This document shows, piece by piece, positions 61,276 to 64,000 of a stretch of DNA of 64,000 bases (the first letter of the stretch is position 1; every line of letters begins with the position of its first letter). The position numbers were made by a program, and so were the translations under genes. Where the stretch lies: positions 87,644 to 151,643 of the forward strand of contig JANQHI010000008.1 in NCBI GenBank assembly GCA_028282705.1, read 5' to 3'. The DNA comes from Prolixibacteraceae bacterium. Lineage in GTDB: Bacteria > Bacteroidota > Bacteroidia > Bacteroidales > Prolixibacteraceae. Below the pieces are notes generated by a model, which saw only the letters and a program-made list of their open reading frames with translations, made no database searches and was not told where the DNA came from.

Positions 61276-62283
61276 ATGGATTACACCAATAAAGAGGTCT
61301 TGCAAATTGACCAGCTTACCATCACAAATCATTTACCTGATATTGGCATTGGGAAAATAAGGGAAGAAATCATCACTGGGCTAACATCTGGGAATAAATA
61401 TATCTCAAGTAAATTTTTTTATGATGAGGTGGGTTCAGGTTTGTTTGAAGAGATCACAAAGCTCGGCGAATATTACCCGACACGCACAGAAAAATCAATC
61501 CTTCGCTCAATAGCATCAAGGGTGATGGTAAACACTCAATATGTTGACATAGTAGAACTGGGAAGTGGGGATTGCAGTAAAATTTCTATCTTTTTTGATG
61601 CTGTTAACCCACATAATATGGAGGGCTTGCACTACCTTCCTGTTGATGTAAGCCAGTCTGCACTCCAGCATTCAGCCAACTCCTTAATTGAACGTTTCCC
61701 TGGCCTCCAGGTTAGTTGCCAGGTGGCCGATTTTATGTGCCAGGTGGGTAAAATCCCATATAATGCCCAACGTTTGTTTTGCTTTTTTGGAAGTACCATT
61801 GGTAATTTTGAAATTGATGAAGCCAAGCAGTTTTTAATAGGGCTTAGCCAGTCAATGCAGCCTGGAGACCAATTGCTCATTGGGTTTGATATGGTGAAAG
61901 ATGAAAAAGTATTGCATGCAGCTTACAATGATGCTGAAGGTGTTACAGCAAAATTTAATAAAAATATCCTGAATGTGGTAAACAAATTGATAGGTTCTGA
62001 TTTTAACCTGGATTCATTTTACCATTTGGCTTTTTATAGTAAAAAGAAGGCAAGGATTGAAATGCACCTGGTTGCCAATGAAGAAGTTAAGGTTAACTCT
62101 CCTCATTTTCAAGGAGGTAGTATCACCATCAAAAAAGGGGAGGGCATCCATACCGAAAATTCCCATAAGTACACTTTGTTTGATATCCATCATTTTGCAC
62201 AGCTTTCAGGGCTGGAGCTTAAAGAAATATATACTGATGCAAATGGCTGGTTCTCACTAGCACATATGGTAAAACCAGCATAG
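61276..62283 (+). CDS. EgtD-like L-histidine N-alpha-methyltransferase family protein
   Basis: SSKFFYDEVGSGLFEEITKLGEYYPTRTE, VELGSGDCSK and FGSTIGNF are hallmarks of the EgtD / Methyltransf_33 family. The start is set at the ATG (MDYTNKE). Confidence 0.85.
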   Translation: MDYTNKEVLQIDQLTITNHLPDIGIGKIREEIITGLTSGNKYISSKFFYDEVGSGLFEEITKLGEYYPTRTEKSILRSIASRVMVNTQYVDIVELGSGDCSKISIFFDAVNPHNMEGLHYLPVDVSQSALQHSANSLIERFPGLQVSCQVADFMCQVGKIPYNAQRLFCFFGSTIGNFEIDEAKQFLIGLSQSMQPGDQLLIGFDMVKDEKVLHAAYNDAEGVTAKFNKNILNVVNKLIGSDFNLDSFYHLAFYSKKKARIEMHLVANEEVKVNSPHFQGGSITIKKGEGIHTENSHKYTLFDIHHFAQLSGLELKEIYTDANGWFSLAHMVKPA

Positions 62284-62344
62284 TTTTTATACTTTACTAT
62301 CCTTTTACTAAAAATACCTTTGAAATAGTTTCTTAAATGATATT

Positions 62345-62379
62345 TGTATTTTATGTATATAAAGTGTATATTTGTGTAT
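62345..62379 (+). promoter_or_regulatory. Four phased TGTAT repeats plus a TATATTTG -7 element at the lexA start
   Basis: TGTAT starts at 62345, 62354, 62365 and 62375. TGTATAT is repeated exactly at 62354 and 62365. A TAnnTTTG match lies at 62367-62374, only 3 nt before the ATG. Confidence 0.45.
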
Positions 62380-63004
62380 GCAAAATCAAATTTCAAATAA
62401 AGAATTGGCTGCAATCAGGGTGATGAGGAACTTCCTGATGAAGAATGGGAGGATGCCCAGTATGCGTGAATTAATGAAGGAAATGGGCTATAAATCACCA
62501 CGTTCAGCAACAGTTATTTTCCAGGGGTTAGAAGAAAAAGGGGTATTGAACAAACGCAGTGATGGCAGTTTTCAATTGGTGCAATATGAGGTAGCTACAG
62601 ATGAAGGTGTCCGTGAACAAACTGTAAAAATCCCCTTATTAGGTTCAGTGGCTTGTGGTTTGCCTATTTTAGCTGAAGAAAATGTAGAAGCCCAGTTTTC
62701 TGTATCTGTAAAACTGGCAAAGCCGCCCCATAAATATTTTTTGTTGCGTGCCCAGGGTGATTCAATGGATATGAAAGGCATCAATGATGGGGACATGGTG
62801 CTGGTAAGGCAGCAAAATGCTGCTGATAATGGGGATATGGTACTGGCTTTAATTGATGATGAAGCAACCATTAAAGAACTAAAAATCAATTCAAACAATA
62901 TAGTATTGTTGCCAAGGTCATCCAATAAAAGGCATACCCCAATTATCCTTTCCCGTGATTTTGTTGTACAAGGGGTTGTTGTAGGAACTATTCCTAGAGT
63001 ATAG
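62378..63004 (+). CDS. lexA: LexA-type S24 repressor
   Basis: The N-terminal winged HTH is GRMPSMRELMKEMGYKSPRSATVIFQGLEEKGVL. The cleavage region is GSVACGLPI. The catalytic Ser is in GDSM, and the Lys is in ATIKELK. Confidence 0.88.
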   Translation: MQNQISNKELAAIRVMRNFLMKNGRMPSMRELMKEMGYKSPRSATVIFQGLEEKGVLNKRSDGSFQLVQYEVATDEGVREQTVKIPLLGSVACGLPILAEENVEAQFSVSVKLAKPPHKYFLLRAQGDSMDMKGINDGDMVLVRQQNAADNGDMVLALIDDEATIKELKINSNNIVLLPRSSNKRHTPIILSRDFVVQGVVVGTIPRV

Positions 63005-63019
63005 AAAAGGAAAAGCTGG

Positions 63020-64000
63020 ATGGAAAGATCAATTATGCATATTGACCTGGATACTTTTTTTGTATCCTGTGAGCGTTTGCTTGACTCAAGACTTAAAGGC
63101 AAACCTGTATTGGTGGGGGGCATCAGTGGAAGGGGGATAGTGGCAGCTTGCAGCTATGAAGCCAGGGAGTATGGCATACATTCAGCTATGCCCATGAGGA
63201 TGGCGCAACAACTTTGCCCTGAGTCTATTGTAATCAGGGGTAATAGTTCTGTGTATAGTAAATTTTCTGATACCATCACTGAAATTATTAAAGAAGAATC
63301 CCCTCTGTATGAAAAATCATCCATTGATGAATTTTATATTGATGTAAGTGGGATGGACAAATTTTTTGGTTGCTACAAATGGGCTCAGGAATTACGCAAA
63401 AGGATCATCAAAGAAACAAGGCTACCCATATCTTTTGGGCTTTCTACAAGCAAAACAGTGGCAAAGGTGGGAACCAATGAGGCTAAACCTAATAATTACA
63501 GGAAAGTTGAAAAAGGAGCTGAAAAATCCTTTTTAGCACCCCTTCCTGTAAAAAAAATCCCCATGGTTGGCGACCAAACCAACAGGATGCTTTGCAGCAT
63601 GGGGGTGAAGTATGTAAGAACTGTCCAGGAAATGCCTATTGAGCTGATGGAAAGGGTAATGGGAAAAAATGGTATTGCATTATGGAAAAAAGCCCAGGGG
63701 ATTGATAATACGCCTGTAACCCCTTACCACGAGCGCAAATCAGTCTCTTCATCCCTAACCTTTGAACGTGATACAATTGATGTGCATAAACTGAAAAGCC
63801 TCCTTACTGCAATGGCAGAGAAGCTGGCATTTTACCTACGCAATGATAGTAAGCTAACTTCTTGTGTAACAGTAACTTTGCGTTATTCTGATTTTGATAC
63901 AAGAACCAGGCAAAAAAGGATACCATACACTTCATTAGACCACAAGCTGATAGAAACAGTAATGGGACTTTTCGACCAATTATATGACCGCAGGGTTTTA
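63020..64000 (+). CDS. dinB: DNA polymerase IV (Y-family), truncated by the window end
   Basis: Not in the ORF track because there is no stop within the window. MERSIMHIDLDTFFVSCERLL..., SIDEFYIDVSG and GLSTSKTVAKV are present. The frame stays open to position 64000, and it starts 15 nt after the lexA stop. Confidence 0.92.
   Translation, partial: MERSIMHIDLDTFFVSCERLLDSRLKGKPVLVGGISGRGIVAACSYEAREYGIHSAMPMRMAQQLCPESIVIRGNSSVYSKFSDTITEIIKEESPLYEKSSIDEFYIDVSGMDKFFGCYKWAQELRKRIIKETRLPISFGLSTSKTVAKVGTNEAKPNNYRKVEKGAEKSFLAPLPVKKIPMVGDQTNRMLCSMGVKYVRTVQEMPIELMERVMGKNGIALWKKAQGIDNTPVTPYHERKSVSSSLTFERDTIDVHKLKSLLTAMAEKLAFYLRNDSKLTSCVTVTLRYSDFDTRTRQKRIPYTSLDHKLIETVMGLFDQLYDRRVL

Overview
The window reads as a Bacteroidota (Bacteroidetes) chromosomal segment that is mostly housekeeping. 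The phylum call rests on four things. Several genes have TAnnTTTG -7 promoter motifs 25-45 nt upstream. A DUF4295 micro-gene follows rpmB-rpmG. The 2-oxoacid dehydrogenase E1 is a fused alpha/beta protein. Many proteins carry lipoprotein or TPR signatures. Recognisable genes are dapA (partial), ligA, rpmB-rpmG, ftsY, yebC, DPP-IV, thrS-infC-rpmI-rplT, a GH2 glycosidase, secA, lgt, pyrK-pyrD, the 2-oxoacid dehydrogenase E2 and E1, flavodoxin, mgsA, and lexA-dinB (dinB runs off the 3' edge). There are also two two-component systems and several peptidases (M20, M28-PDZ, S9B, CPBP). I saw no rRNA, tRNA, CRISPR array, transposase or integrase. Three coding features are missing from the ORF track: dapA at the 5' edge, the 50-aa DUF4295 gene, and dinB at the 3' edge. 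infC almost certainly starts at a non-AUG codon upstream of the track start. The items most worth a second look are: (1) a low-GC islet of two orphan genes between mgsA and a TonB_C gene; (2) an AmgK-like kinase fused to a RapZ C-terminal domain, with a coupled Cys4 micro-ORF; (3) a two-component system followed by a 964-aa protein with peptidase-MA, PD40 and Omp85-like barrel regions; (4) a three-gene operon of a VWA membrane protein and two paralogous TPR lipoproteins; (5) a membrane-embedded LuxR regulator with a 13-nt direct repeat at a divergent promoter; (6) two promoter-plus-terminator units with no ORF, which are sRNA candidates; (7) a lexA-dinB unit with a Cys-Gly cleavage site and phased TGTAT repeats. 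All family assignments come from motif recognition by eye. No database search was run.
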